From: Lama guanicoe
Lineage: Eukaryota
Assembly (NCBI GenBank): GCA_013239625.1
Contig: MU054391.1
Location: 9,395,095 to 9,459,094 of the forward strand
Reading direction: 5' to 3'
DNA: 64,000 nt
Part shown: piece after piece, positions 11,740 through 23,720 of the stretch
How the letters are laid out: each line of letters begins with the position of its first letter
Position numbering within the stretch: the first letter of the stretch is position 1
Notes under the pieces: generated by a model
Seen by the model: the letters and a program-made list of their open reading frames with translations, nothing else
Database searches by the model: none
What the model was told of the DNA's origin: nothing
Made by a program: the position numbers and the translations under genes

Positions 11740-12930
11740 TTTACCAGATTAAACCCAACCTAGCAGTGTGTGAAGAGTATCTGCCTCATAGCTCTCGCCA
11801 GTATTTTATCTTTAATCTTTGGTTATTTAACAGGTTAAACAAATACCCGCCTTGTTGTTTTAATTCACTTTAGTAAGGCTAGCTTGCTTCATTTGCTTAT
11901 TGGCCATTTGTATTTATTTTTCAGTGTGTCTTACTGTGTTCACTAGTTTTAGGATTTTCTTATTGACTAGTGTGAACCTTTTTTATATATTAACTATAAG
12001 AATCCTTTATCATATTATGTAAATATTTTCTAATTTCTCATTTGTCTTTTGAATTTTTACATTTTCATAATATCGAAGATACTTAAAAATTTTTTTAACG
12101 AGTCAAACCCATTTGTTTCTTTAGCATTTCTTCTATAAAGAGGGAATTCCTCTTTAAATAATCAGGTAAATGTTTCCCTATTTCAACCTTGGTTTTGTGT
12201 TTATAGTTTTATAAACATAATTGCATACATATTTAAATAGTCTCAAAACAAAGCAGTACGGGAAGTGATAAGTACACTGCCTAAGTAGGAGTCGGAGGGC
12301 ATGGAAGTAACTCCAACAGTGACATTCCTCATTTCAGAATGAGCATAGTCTCCCATCCTATTTATGACTCATTTTATGTACTCAGTAGACCTTATTAATT
12401 AAAAATGAATTATCAACATCTAAGACATACAAAAAGGACGAAGACTAATAGAACCAACTCCTGTATCTTCAGTTTAGCAAGAGATAAAACAATACCAACA
12501 TCAGTGAAGACACCTGGACCCCCACTTCCGCTGTATCTCCTCCCCACCTCACGGTGAGTAGCTACAACACTGAATTTGCGTTTATAACTTCCATGCACTT
12601 CTTTTCACTTTGTACTGCTTAAATATGTGTTCTTAAGCAAAATACACTTTTTCATGTTACACACACGCATGTTGTGCACACATGGATGCATACACATATA
12701 ACATTGTTTTCTCTTTCCTCTGTTACTTACTCTTTTTTACTTAATATGATGCTTAGGAGAGTCATCTGTATGGATGCGGATAACACCAATACATTTTTTC
12801 CACTGATGCATTTTATGCATTTTAATGTATCATCTTCTTAATAGGTGTTCAGCTTTCCAATTGCTTTTTCCCCTTCCCACACTTGCTGTTGCTAATACCT
12901 TTGTGCCCATATCTCTAACTTGCCAGTGTT
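11740..12930 (-). mobile_element. Old L1 (L1ME-like) fragments, minus strand
   Basis: T-rich decayed L1 text (TTGCTTATTGGCCATTTGTATTT; GAATTTGCGTTTATAACTTCCATGCA). Approximate limits. Confidence 0.55.
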
Positions 12931-12939
12931 AGTTGCAAT

Positions 12940-13697
12940 TTCAACAGGATATTTTTAGAACTAGACATAGTGATTTTATAGTTCTTTGGAAAGACAACAC
13001 TTGAAAAACTCAGGGAAAAATCAGAAAAATCTCTGGTGAAGAATAAGGAAAACAACACCAGATATGAAAACATTTTATAAAGCAACAGTAATCAAAACAG
13101 TTTAGTGTTGGTTTAAGAATAGAGAGAACAGCAGAATAGCTCAAAGAGCTCGAAAATCAACCCAAGTTCCTCTGAAAAGTTGTGCAATGTTGAAGGAGGA
13201 ATTTCAAACAAACGATTTTTTTTAAAAGCATGATTTAATCAACAGTGTTGGGATAATTGGCCAGCTATCTGATAAAACTAGGCTGGACTCCTATCTCATT
13301 CTTATATAAAAGTTAATTCCAATCGGATTGAAGATGAAAGAAAGAAAGAGAAAAGGAGAGAAAGAGAGAAGGAAAACAGAAAAGAGCATGATGTTTATAA
13401 TCTCAGAATGAAGGAAATCTTTGTAAGCAAGCTATGAGAACAAGAAGTTGTAAAGGAAAATATCAACAAATTAGATTTATTAAAAATAAATATCTTTAAA
13501 ACAGCCATGGTGATGGAGTGGAACATAAAGTCAAAAGTCAAACAAAGATCTGTGTTAGAAAAGTTTGTAATTCAGATGACAAATACAGGGCAAATTTCCT
13601 TAATAGACCAAGAGCTCTTACAAACCAAAATTGAAAACTTTAAACCCACAACAAAGAAACAAGTAACAGATTTTAAGCAGCGTGCTTACATTCATAG

Positions 13698-13739
<42 letters not shown>

Positions 13740-14195
13740 AAGTTGTCAAAGAACATATAAAAATGATCAACTGAACTTACAGGTAAAGAAATCCAAGATA
13801 CCCTGTCTTACCTATGAGAATGGCAAGGATTCAAAGGATGGACGATGCCCAGTGTTGGTCTGGGTGCAGCAAAAAACTGATGGTGGAAGCTAAGTTTGGG
13901 TAATTTGATAGAATCTGTATGTATTTAAAATACACATACTCTTCCAACCAATAATCCTGCTTCAAGGGATTACCTTCGTTGGTAAACTGGTACAACTACA
14001 CAAGAATTAATCTGCAAAAATATCCGTTGTGCCATTATCAGCAATAGAAAAGAATGGATATAACCTGAATGGTTTTTGGTAGGCAACCAGAGAAAAAGTG
14101 CACAGCAGACCTCTACAGTTAAATACTATAGGGTCATTTTTTTTTAATTTCAATATATCCATGATAAATTGTTAAATTTTTTCAAAAAGCAAGTT
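12940..14195 (+). mobile_element. Old L1 ORF2/3' region (L1ME-like), plus strand
   Basis: TATAAAGCAACAGTAATCAAAACAGTTTAGTGTTGG ([13 protein letters not shown] ORF2 remnant), AACAGTGTTGGGATAATTGGCCAGCTATCTG; heavily decayed. Confidence 0.75.
13707..13735. repeat. (AC)n microsatellite
   Basis: Direct dinucleotide run. Confidence 0.95.
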
Positions 14196-14203
14196 GCAGA
14201 ACA

Positions 14204-14672
14204 GTGTGCTGGAGAGAGATCCCCTCTCCACTCTTCTGCATGCTGCCCTTTGCCCCTAGAGACCCCTTATATGGACCACATCCACAGACCTGCCCCTCTG
14301 GCTCCTGCTGGCATCCACCACTGGGCAGCCCCAGAGGCAGATCAGAGGAAGTAAAGCGGTGTCTGAGGCTTTATCCCTCTGACTCCGTCCTGGCAAGGCT
14401 GCCTCTTGCTGGCCACGCACCCCCAGCCAAACAGCAGTGTTCACCCAGCATCTTCCTTTTCATTCCAATAACTATTTCCTCCCCTCGTTCCTTCAGCTCG
14501 AGGCTGCGGACAGCTCTGCTGCTAATGGATCTGGTTTCCTGCTCTATCTTTGTGGGTCCCCAAAGTATCACCCATGTCTTTGTAACTAACCCCTTTGCAA
14601 CTTAGTGAACTCTCTTCAAATTACCCTGAATAGAGCGTGCCATTTGTTTCCCACTGGGGTGCGGATATAACT
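14204..14672 (+). mobile_element. Ancient ERVL solo LTR (LTR33-like)
   Basis: CTCTTCTGCATGCTGCCCTTTGCCCC near the 5' end; 3' end CTCTCTTCAAATTACCC...GCGTGCCATTTGTTTCCCACTGGG. Confidence 0.65.
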
Positions 14673-15739
14673 GCGTGTACAAGTATATTCTATGTGTATA
14701 ACATATGGGTTTCAAGTAGGGGAGTAACACGGTCAGATGGACAGTTTCCCTGTGGTGGCTGGGATGCAAATTAGCCAAGTTGGGGCTTCACAGTATTATG
14801 ATGATGAACAGTTATAGACGGTCAATGACGTTAGTATAACACATTCTCCTGAAGAGCACCTTTACTGCTACAAAGAAAGAACTCTTTGTCCTTTGTCGGT
14901 TCTTTCTTCTAGAAAGTTCCAAGAAACTTGTTGACTTTGCCACTTTAATCTTTTCCAACATCTCTGAGAGGCAGGGCGAGGAAATAACACCTCCTTCCGG
15001 CACTCACAAAGGTTACACACAAGGAGGGCTTTGATCTCGGTCACCTTCACCCACTCTCCCCTGAGGAAGGGGACCCTGTCCCTGGACCCCCGGGGTGGAG
15101 AAAGGATTTGAGGGCTCTCGATCTGAGTTGCAGACCATCAGGCTGTCCTGAAATTTTTCCAAATAATGGCCTTTTCATTGTTAAAAACAACAGCAACAAC
15201 AAAAACAACTTGGACCGTACAGAAAAAAAGAATAAATGCAGGCATAAAAATCAGTAGTTACCCCATAACCCAGAGATGATGACTTTTAGCATTTGGATGT
15301 ATTTCCTTCCGGTCTTCCTGGCCACATAATACAATCAGGATCAGAGAGAATATACAATTTTGTGTCCCAATAAATTTCAATCCTACTGAATGAAGGTGGA
15401 GTGAGACTTGAGAAAATGTGCATCATAGAAGAAGTAAAAAGGGAAAAATGTACTGCAATTTGTTACAGAGACAAGTGCTGTGAGACAGAAAACTGCATGT
15501 AAGTGATGGTCATTTGTCTCCACAGCCTCTGTCTCAATCTCCTCTCAAGTAGGAAAAGTGCAGCGAAGTTTTAAGTGATAGTTGGATGGTCTAGGCGACC
15601 TCAGAATCCCCTCCAAAGCCTGGTTAATCTGACTCTGAAAATGTAAAATGACAAAGGACCAGATTAGTCTCAGAGGCTTTAACTCCAAGTTTCATTCTTC
15701 CAAAAAGAGGAAATGTGAAATTTTGGACCAGATCAGGGT

Positions 15740-15920
15740 GAAATGAGAAAACTAGCCCAGCCACTAAACTAGCTGTGTGGGCTTCATCCAAATGTTTAAT
15801 TTCTCTAACCCTCAGTTTCCTCATCTGTAAAGTGGGAATGATAGTTCCTCCTTCATAAATGTTTGGGAAATGTCAAAGAGGTTTAAGCATGCTGTCGGCG
15901 TTCAATAAAGGCACACCCTC
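15740..15920 (+). mobile_element. MIR SINE (representative; further MIR fragments near 1-110, 5780-5900, 9100-9320, 18940-19130, 24610-24770, 33270-33495, 51220-51430, 51990-52220, 52800-53170)
   Basis: Core CCTCAGTTTCCTCATCTGTAAAGTGGGAATGATA. Confidence 0.85.
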
Positions 15921-16989
15921 CCCATCATCAGTGTCACTTTCAAGCCCCTAAGAAAGCAAGGTGAAGTCACCACTCATTGGTGAGGCCTCTGGTGGGATCT
16001 GTCAGGATTCACCACCTTCACTCCTTTCCACACAAATTTCCAAGGACACGGGACCTTCTCTGTGCTCAGTACTAACAGGAACCTCTCACCATCACCCCCA
16101 CCGTGACCTCTGAAGAGCACTCAATTTCTGAAGCTCTTGTCATTCTGAAAGAGCTCTGGTTCCTGTGTATCTGATGTGTCCAATCCATTGCCAAGTTCTC
16201 GGCAGATGTCACCGCCCTCCCCGGGGGTCTACCGCCCTTGGCAGGGTCCTCCAGGTGGCCCTCGCTCCCTGCGATGCAATTCTCCTCTTGATTGGCTTCA
16301 CCCTCTAACAGGCGGGAGCCCTCTGAGGGCAGACCTGGGTCTCAGTCATCCCTGTAGAGCTAGTTCCTCACTCCAAGGACCAGGCACAGTGCACGGGGCC
16401 AATACACACTTTCAGAAAGACTGACATTTACAGTCATTCACGCTCTACGGCATAGCTTGCTACAGCTGTTACATTGGCAAAGCAACAGCTCTTTTCTTTC
16501 CACTGTTTGGTAAAGAACAGGAGACCTCAGTCCCACCCTGGAGGGGGCACAGAAGATGAAGGGGCCAAGAAGAGTAAGTCAGACCATCATCCCATGAGCC
16601 AGACCCTCTGTCCCAGAAGCCAGTCCCACCCAACCGGGCAGACCTGGCGATGCCCCAGCCACTCAGGTGGATCGGCCTTCTCCTTCAGTGCTGGTGGGCC
16701 AGGCAGGCTCTTAGGTGGAAGAGGGTGGGTGGCCCTTTCTCCTCCAGAAGTCCTGAACCATCACAGTCCATCCAATCTTTTTAAGCCAAACAGGCTCACA
16801 TGCACCCAGAGATAACTTACTAGACTTGAGCTGATAAGAATAAAGCCACATCCAAAGAGATTCAACTTCAGAGCAACAGCATCCGTAAATGCCCTCGTGT
16901 GCCAATTACTTGTCCTCTCCTCTCCCTGGTCCCCATGACCCACACTGAAAGCCCTCGCCAATTTGGGTGAAAAAGAGATCTGAAGGATG

Positions 16990-17490
16990 ATTGCTCTGGT
17001 TATCTATTACCGCACAACAAATTATTCCAAAACTCAGTGGCTTAAAGAAAAAAAGGCAACCATTTTACGACAGCTCACAATTTTATGGGTCAAGAACTTG
17101 AGCAATGCTCAGTTGGGTACGTCTTCTGCTCCAAATGGCAGCAACTGAAATCATTCAGTGGAATTCAGTGGGTGGATGAGCTGGTCAGGCGGACCAGATG
17201 GCTTCGCTTCCATGTCTGGCACCCTGGTGGGGACGGCTGGAAGGCTGGGCACAGCTGGCCTGAAGAGGCACCATGTGACCTTCCCAGCATGATGGTGTCA
17301 GGTAGTCAGATTCTTTATGTGGTGGCTCAGAGCTCTTAGAAAGAGAATTCAAAGAGCCAGGAAAAACAAGACTCCAATTTCACAAAGCATCCCTTCTGCC
17401 CCATTCTATGGGTCACAGAGCCTACCTGGATGCAAAGGGTTGAGATGTAAACATCACCTCTTGGTGGGAGGGCTGCCAAAGAATTCACAG
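16990..17490 (-). mobile_element. Old MaLR LTR (MLT1G/H/J-like)
   Basis: GTTATCTATTACCGCACAACAAATTATTCCAAAACTCAGTGGCTTAAA...GCTCACAATTTTATGGGTCAAGAA is the reverse-strand MLT1 3' end. Confidence 0.75.
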
Positions 17491-17899
17491 ACAACTTTAA
17501 TCCTTCAGTTAGGAAAGGGCTGTCCTGCAAGGGTGGTTGGCTTTTTCCCCCTGAATTATCTCTGCCTCTCAGTGATGTTTCCACATCGATGCCCACAATC
17601 TCTAGCTCAACCAAGCAAAGCCAAAACCACGCTCTTCGCGAGCCCAGACATCCCCGGGTCTCACTGGCCCGTGAGGAGCCATGGGGTCACGGTAACTTTA
17701 ATTTAGGATTTTGACTAGCATGCTGTCGCTACCTGTGTGACTGCTGAATCTTTCCCTTTCACTCTAAGTCTCCCCAAGTTACTTCTGGGAGTTCCAAGGG
17801 GGTACCTCCGAGGGAGGTGTGTTGAAGACAGTAAGCTCAGCGTTAAGTCCTCTCAAGTTGTTCACGGACCTCCTTACTCTTCACTGAGATCCTCAGCCT

Positions 17900-18448
17900 A
17901 GGTAGACAGCTGGATGGTAAGTAGGTAAGTAGATGGACAGATAGATGGACGGATGGATGGATAGATAGACAGATAGACTGATAGGTAACAGACAGGGAGA
18001 GGCAGAGATAGATGATAAATAGATGGATAGGTAAGTGATGGATGGATGGATGGATGGACAGATAGTAGATGGATGGATAGATGATAAATAGGTAGGTAAG
18101 GTAGGTAGACAGACAGAGGACAGACACGGAGAGCAGAGACAGATAAATGATAAATAGATGACAGGTAGAGAATAAATAGATATTTGCCACATGCCACATT
18201 TATTTATTGACTACAGATAGACAGGTAACAGACAGGGAGAGGCAGCGATAGATGATAAATAGATGGATAGGTAAGGGATGGATGGATGGATGGACAGATA
18301 GTAGATGGATGGATAGATGATAAATAGGTAGGTAAGGTAGGTAGACAGACAGAGGACAGACACGGAGAGCAGAGACAGATAAATGATAAATAGATGACAG
18401 GTAGAGAATAAATAGATATTTGCCACATGCCACATTTATTTATTGACT
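17900..18448. repeat. Compound (GGAT/GATA/GACA/GGTA)n array containing a ~240-bp tandem duplication
   Basis: 17983-18212 is repeated at 18223-18448 with two substitutions and one GGAT unit difference. Confidence 0.95.
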
Positions 18449-20991
18449 TACTATGATATTACAAGGACAGTCCAGTACACCCAGCCAAGGCCTCTAACCC
18501 AAGCAGAGTCTACAGCCACTGGCTCTCCTGACACCCATGACCTCTTTGGTCCCATGACCTCCTCATCCAAAGATGCTACCCAAACTCCCGTCCCAGAGAA
18601 AGCCGCGCACAGTGCAGCCACATCCTTCTGCAGAGAGGGGTGCCCTGTGCGCCAGGGGCCGCTCTTTCTCCCCCTTCTCGTATAGTTAAGACCAGGGGCC
18701 CTTTCCTCATGAATCCAGAGCCCAAACTGTCCAGCTCAGCCTGTTAGACCACTGCCCTCAGTTCCCCCCATCAAGATGGCTGGGCTCTGACCAGACGTGT
18801 CACGGAGACTTTGGCTGCCACCCGGTAGCCTAGACGGTTCAGTCCACTCAGGGAGGCTGCATTTTGGCAGGCGGCACAACGATGTGGCTGAGGGCACAGC
18901 TGGCAGCCAGGCACAGCTGGGCTGGATCACAACTCTCTCGACGTGGGATCTGCAGAAAGGTCTTTAACCTGTCAGCCTCGGTTTCCGCATGTATGAGATG
19001 AAGGTAATGATGTCTCTCTCACAGGGGGATTGTAATAACTAAATACACAAGATAATTTAATATAAAATCTGCTCCCCCCCCAAAAAAAAACCAATGCTCA
19101 AAAGTGGTAGCTATTAATAAGATGAGGGTGGTGGTGATGGTGTTACTACCAGCCCAATTTACCTGGCTCTGCCCCAAGCCCTCTGCCGTGCCCTGGGCCC
19201 AGCACCAGCATCACACAGTCCCTCATGCCCCGGTCTGTTCTGTTTGCTCTCACAGTGATCTGTATGCCAGCCTTTGCCCCCTCCACCATTTGTCCGTTAA
19301 TTCATTCATATGGCATACGTGGGTGGAGTCACCGGTTTGAGCTGGGCATTGTGCTGGGGGCTAGGGATACAGTAGAGTTGGTCACTGCCCGAATCAATCT
19401 TCCAACATCACTGGCTCATTTCATGTTCTGAATCAGGTGATAGCTACTCACAGATATCACACCCTGAAGGCTGCTTCCACTGCCTCTGGGCCTTAAGTTC
19501 GGGTCCGATCTGCGTGTGGCATCCCAGCTCTGGCCCAGTTTGGCCCCTAGAACCAATCCCTCCTCGGGCCTGCTCTCACCTTCTCTCTTGCTGCCTCCTC
19601 TACCAGCTTCCCCAACTGAAGACCCCAGGGGGACAAGCCCAGGCCCCTGGGGACCAGGGTCTGCAGCAGCTCACCCGGCCGGCACCCTGGACCCAAAAGC
19701 TCACTTCCGCAGACTGAGAGAGAGAGAGCTGTAAAAATCATAATGGCTAAGGATCGCCTAAGTTCTCTGCACAGGTGCTTCCATTTGCTCCTCCCAGCAG
19801 GGACGTGTGCTGTCCTCTCCACTTGACAACCAAGGGGACTAAGACCTGGGTGACGAGAACTTGGCCAAGTCAGCTGATATGTGCTGGAGGCGGCATTCAG
19901 ACGCAGGTCTGTGTGGGAACTGAAGGTGAGAGCTGGGACGTGACGAAAGCGACCCGGAAGGTTAACGGATGTTTCCCCCGCTTTCAAGGAGTGAGTCATC
20001 CTTGGGAACATTTTCATGTCCACGCATCTGCCTGTGGTGGGCGTGGCACCGAGTGACCAGGAAAGCAGCTCCGTGAAGAATGGAGCGGATGTGAGGGCAG
20101 AGGCAGCGTGGGGACCACTCGTCGGGGAGGGACGAGCACTGTCCCAGTGTTCCCCTCCCACCCCTGGGACCCGGCCGGACTCTGCTTTCTTTCCAGTACC
20201 CCACTATCCCAGAGCACTTGAGCAGGTTCCTGCTCCCTGCAACCGAGCGCCCAAAATCCATCACCTCCTCCCCAGGCAGGACCTGCCTTCCCTTCCTCCC
20301 CGTCTCCCCATCATGTAGTCAGGGGCGGCGCACAGCGTGGGCACCCACATTGGATGACTAAGTCCACAGCAGCAGCCTTTTAAGCTTTTCAAATAAAAGC
20401 TGGGTTTTGTTCTCCCCCCACCTCCCCAGGTTTGTTTGGAAGGAACAAAATGTTCTAGTCTATTCCACGTGGAATATGTACCTCCTGAGCACCACTGCAA
20501 AAGTGTTCTAAAATTGAAAATTGCTGTGGGCTAAAATTGTCTGCCCTCAGCCGCATGTTTTATTCTGTCCCCGAATAATGCTGTGATGAGGAGAGAACGG
20601 ATGTGTAATACAGGTAGAGCCTGCTTTTACCAACATAACACACAGAATCATCATACCATTTTCATCCATCACAACAGAATTACAGTTCTTCCAAATTGGT
20701 GTGGTTACACTGGGGGAGGGGAGGGCTCCATTAACAGGCCTCTGGGAATGACTGATCAGCCTGCATAAAAACCAGCACGTTCTCACAAAGGTGAGAACCA
20801 CGGGGGTCCGAGAGCATGGACTTTGGGGTCAGGATGGTCAGCATGTGAGTCTCAGCTCTGCGTGTACCAGGCCTGCAACCTGGCATGAGTGGCTTAATGT
20901 CTCTGTTTTAACATCTGTAAAGCGGAAACAAAATGCATACAGTCAGTTTGCTGCTTGGCTCAAATAAGGAAATACAAAAAATACCTAGCGT

Positions 20992-21279
20992 AGGACAGGG
21001 TGTGGAGAAAAGGGAACCCTCCTACACTGTTGGTGGGAATGTAGTTTGGGGCAGCTGCTAGGGACAACAGGATATTCCTTAAAAAACTAAAAACAGAGTT
21101 GCCATATGATCCAGCTGTCTCACTCCTGGGCGTATATCCGGAGAAGACTCTAATTTGAAAAGATACATGCACTTCAATGTTCATAGCAGCACTATTTATA
21201 ACAGTCAAGAACTGGAAGCAACCTAAATGTCCATTGAAAGATAATTGGATAAAGAAGGTGTGGCATACACACACACACA

Positions 21280-21331
<52 letters not shown>

Positions 21332-21793
21332 TGGAATACTACTCAGCCATTAAAAAGGATAAAATTATGCCATTTGCAGCCACATGGATGGACTCAGAGA
21401 TGATCATACGAAGTGAAGTAAGTCAAGCAGAGGAAGACAAATATCACATAATATCACTTACATGTGGAATCTAAAATATAACACAAATGAACTTATTTAC
21501 AAAACAAAGATACTCACAAAGGTAGAAAACAAACTTATGATTACTAAAGGGGAAAGGGGGTGGGGGAGGGTAAATTAGGATTCTGGGTTTAGCAGATATG
21601 AACTGTTTATAAAATAGATAAACAGCAAGGTCCTCCTGTACAGCACAGGGAACTATATTCAATATCCTGTAAAAAAAAACCATAATGGAAAAGAATATGC
21701 ACATATATGTATAACTGAATCACTCTGCTGTACAGCAGAAACTAACACAACATTGTAAATCAACTATACTTCAATAGAAAAGTTTAAAAAAGT
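20992..21793 (+). mobile_element. 5'-truncated L1 (ORF2 end plus 3' UTR) with internal (CA)n, inserted in a MIR
   Basis: GGTGTGGAGAAAAGGGAACCCTCCTACACTGTTGGTGGGAATG...CAACTATACTTCAAT plus A tail. TSD AAAAAATACCTAGCGT (20976-20991) / AAAAAACACCTAGCAT (21794-21809). Confidence 0.92.
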
Positions 21794-22331
21794 AAAAAAC
21801 ACCTAGCATCAGAAATAATATATGGTAAGCACTTTATTTTTATCACAGAAGCAATGTTCAATAAATTATACCTATGATTAATTAATTAATCCATTATTCA
21901 AGTGGCTTATTCTCAGCAAAACCAGTATTAGAAAGAGCCCGGGGTGTATGAGATAAAATCTATTTCGCTATCTCTAAATTATCTCCCAGAAATGCCCCCA
22001 CGCTTGTTCAATTCTGGTTCCTTAAGGCGAAACACAGACTCCAAAGCTCATTAAAGCAGTGCACCCTCCATCTTCTGACGCTGGTCTCAGGAAAAGCTGA
22101 GTCACATCCTCATACACAAGGCAGGGGTCCCTTACAGGGTGTCTGTGCTCCTCACCACTGACCCTTCCCTCGCTTTCTCTCCCTCCTTCCAGTGGTCTGA
22201 GAAGCTGGTACATTCATGGTGAAGGTAAAATTGCAGAACATTTAGGCAACACAAAACAGAACAAATTATGCTCCAGCACTGGAAACCACTTGAAAATTAC
22301 ACGTGATGTAAAAATCTATTGATTTGCTTCC

Positions 22332-22717
22332 TGTGAAGGTTACTTTTATGTGTCAACCAGACTGGGCCACAGGGCGTCCCGATATTGGGTCAGACGTTAT
22401 TCTGTTTCTGTTGAGGATGTTTTGAGATGAGATTGGCATTTAAATCAGATGAATAAAGTAGGTTGTCCTCCCTGCTGTGGGTGGGTCTCATCCAATCAGT
22501 TGAAAGTTTGACTAGAACAAAAAGGCTGAAGAGGAAACTCCTGCCTGGTAGCCTTTGGACTGGGACTTCATTTTTTTTTTTTCCCTGCCTTTGCATTCAA
22601 GTTGAACTGAAAACTCAGCATTTCGTAGGTTTCAAGCCTGAGGGTCTTTCTTACACTGGCTCTAAATCCCCAGCTCTCCAATGGGTTCTGTTTCTATGGG
22701 GAATCCTGACTCATACA
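22332..22717 (+). mobile_element. ERVL solo LTR (MLT2-like)
   Basis: TGTGAAGGTTACTTTTATGTGTCAACCAGACTGGGCCAC...GGTTCTGTTTCTATGGGGAATCCTGACTCATACA. Confidence 0.85.
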
Positions 22718-23229
22718 GTTACTCTAGATCGTTCTTGTCTATTCATTAAAATAGGTATTTGAGCAACTTGCAGGCAATGCTGGTCACACAGTAAGAAGGA
22801 GTTAGAGAAGATGAGCCGGGGCTTCCTTGAGCGTGATGCGCGTGACCAGGCTGTCTCCTTCTTTAGTCTGCCTTCATCCCCAACCGGTCAGACTCAGGAT
22901 GTTTGGCTGCAGATATTACAGAGGCGGAAGACAGGGTGAGCAGCCTTGCTCTCCCCTGCAGCAGCGCACCCAGAGGAAGGAACGCACTAAAGGTCCGCAG
23001 AGAACTCACCTTCTAAGGCATCAGAAAAAGACCTTGAACGTCAGATCCCTTTCAGCCTGGGAGGGATGCTGGCCAGTCCTGCATGTCCTGCATGAGGGGC
23101 TGCTCACCGGCCACCCTGACAGCCAGACAGAGGGAATGCCAGCCAGGGAGAGGCTGGTGAAAGCCGGCAGAGCCGTTCACGTCTGAGAACTGGTGCGCAG
23201 TGGCCGGGGGGCCACCTGTTCCCTTTATC

Positions 23230-23720
23230 CTGTCCTTCATTCAGTCACTCCTTTGTTTATTTACACAACAAATATTTACTGAGTGCCTGAGGTCCAAGGC
23301 TCCAGTGGCAGGAACTCAAATTCCTAACTGTGAGGTTAACAGGCAGGACTCGAGGTGAAGAGACACGACACACCGAGAGGGCCACCCTGGAGGACATCCC
23401 AGAGCAGCTTGGGTCACATGCGAGGGAGCTGAGAGCGGACAGCACGTGCTCGGGGAAGGTCAGCAGGGTCAGCCGCGCCTCGGCAGGGGGTCCCGGAGGC
23501 CGGCCGGGGTCTGAGCAGGAGGGGCAGGGTGGGCTGGGGGCAGGCCCAGCAGGATCAGGGGGCCGCAGGGAGGACAAGGCGGAGAGTCGGTGTTCCCCTC
23601 CCTGGTGAGTACGCAGAAGGCCGTCATGCCAGACGGGACAGGGCCAGCCAAAGCACTGGAACTTGATACAAGACCCCACAGGGACAAAGAATCTGAGTAT
23701 GTCATTGGAGCCGTATTTTA
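23230..23720 (+). mobile_element. LINE2 fragment
   Basis: CATTCAGTCACTC...CAACAAATATTTACTGAGTGCCT L2 terminus followed by GC-shifted L2 body. Strand is given as the text reads here. Confidence 0.6.

Noticed and set aside
17843..18435. Six repetitive ORFs rich in I, H, P, S, Y and L
   Set aside because: They are translations of the stop-poor strand of a tetranucleotide microsatellite.
23010..23182. Minus-strand exon-like segment (TTCTCAG acceptor, AG|GTGAGT donor)
   Set aside because: Stops in all three frames and a weak pyrimidine tract; it cannot be distinguished from a pseudo-exon.
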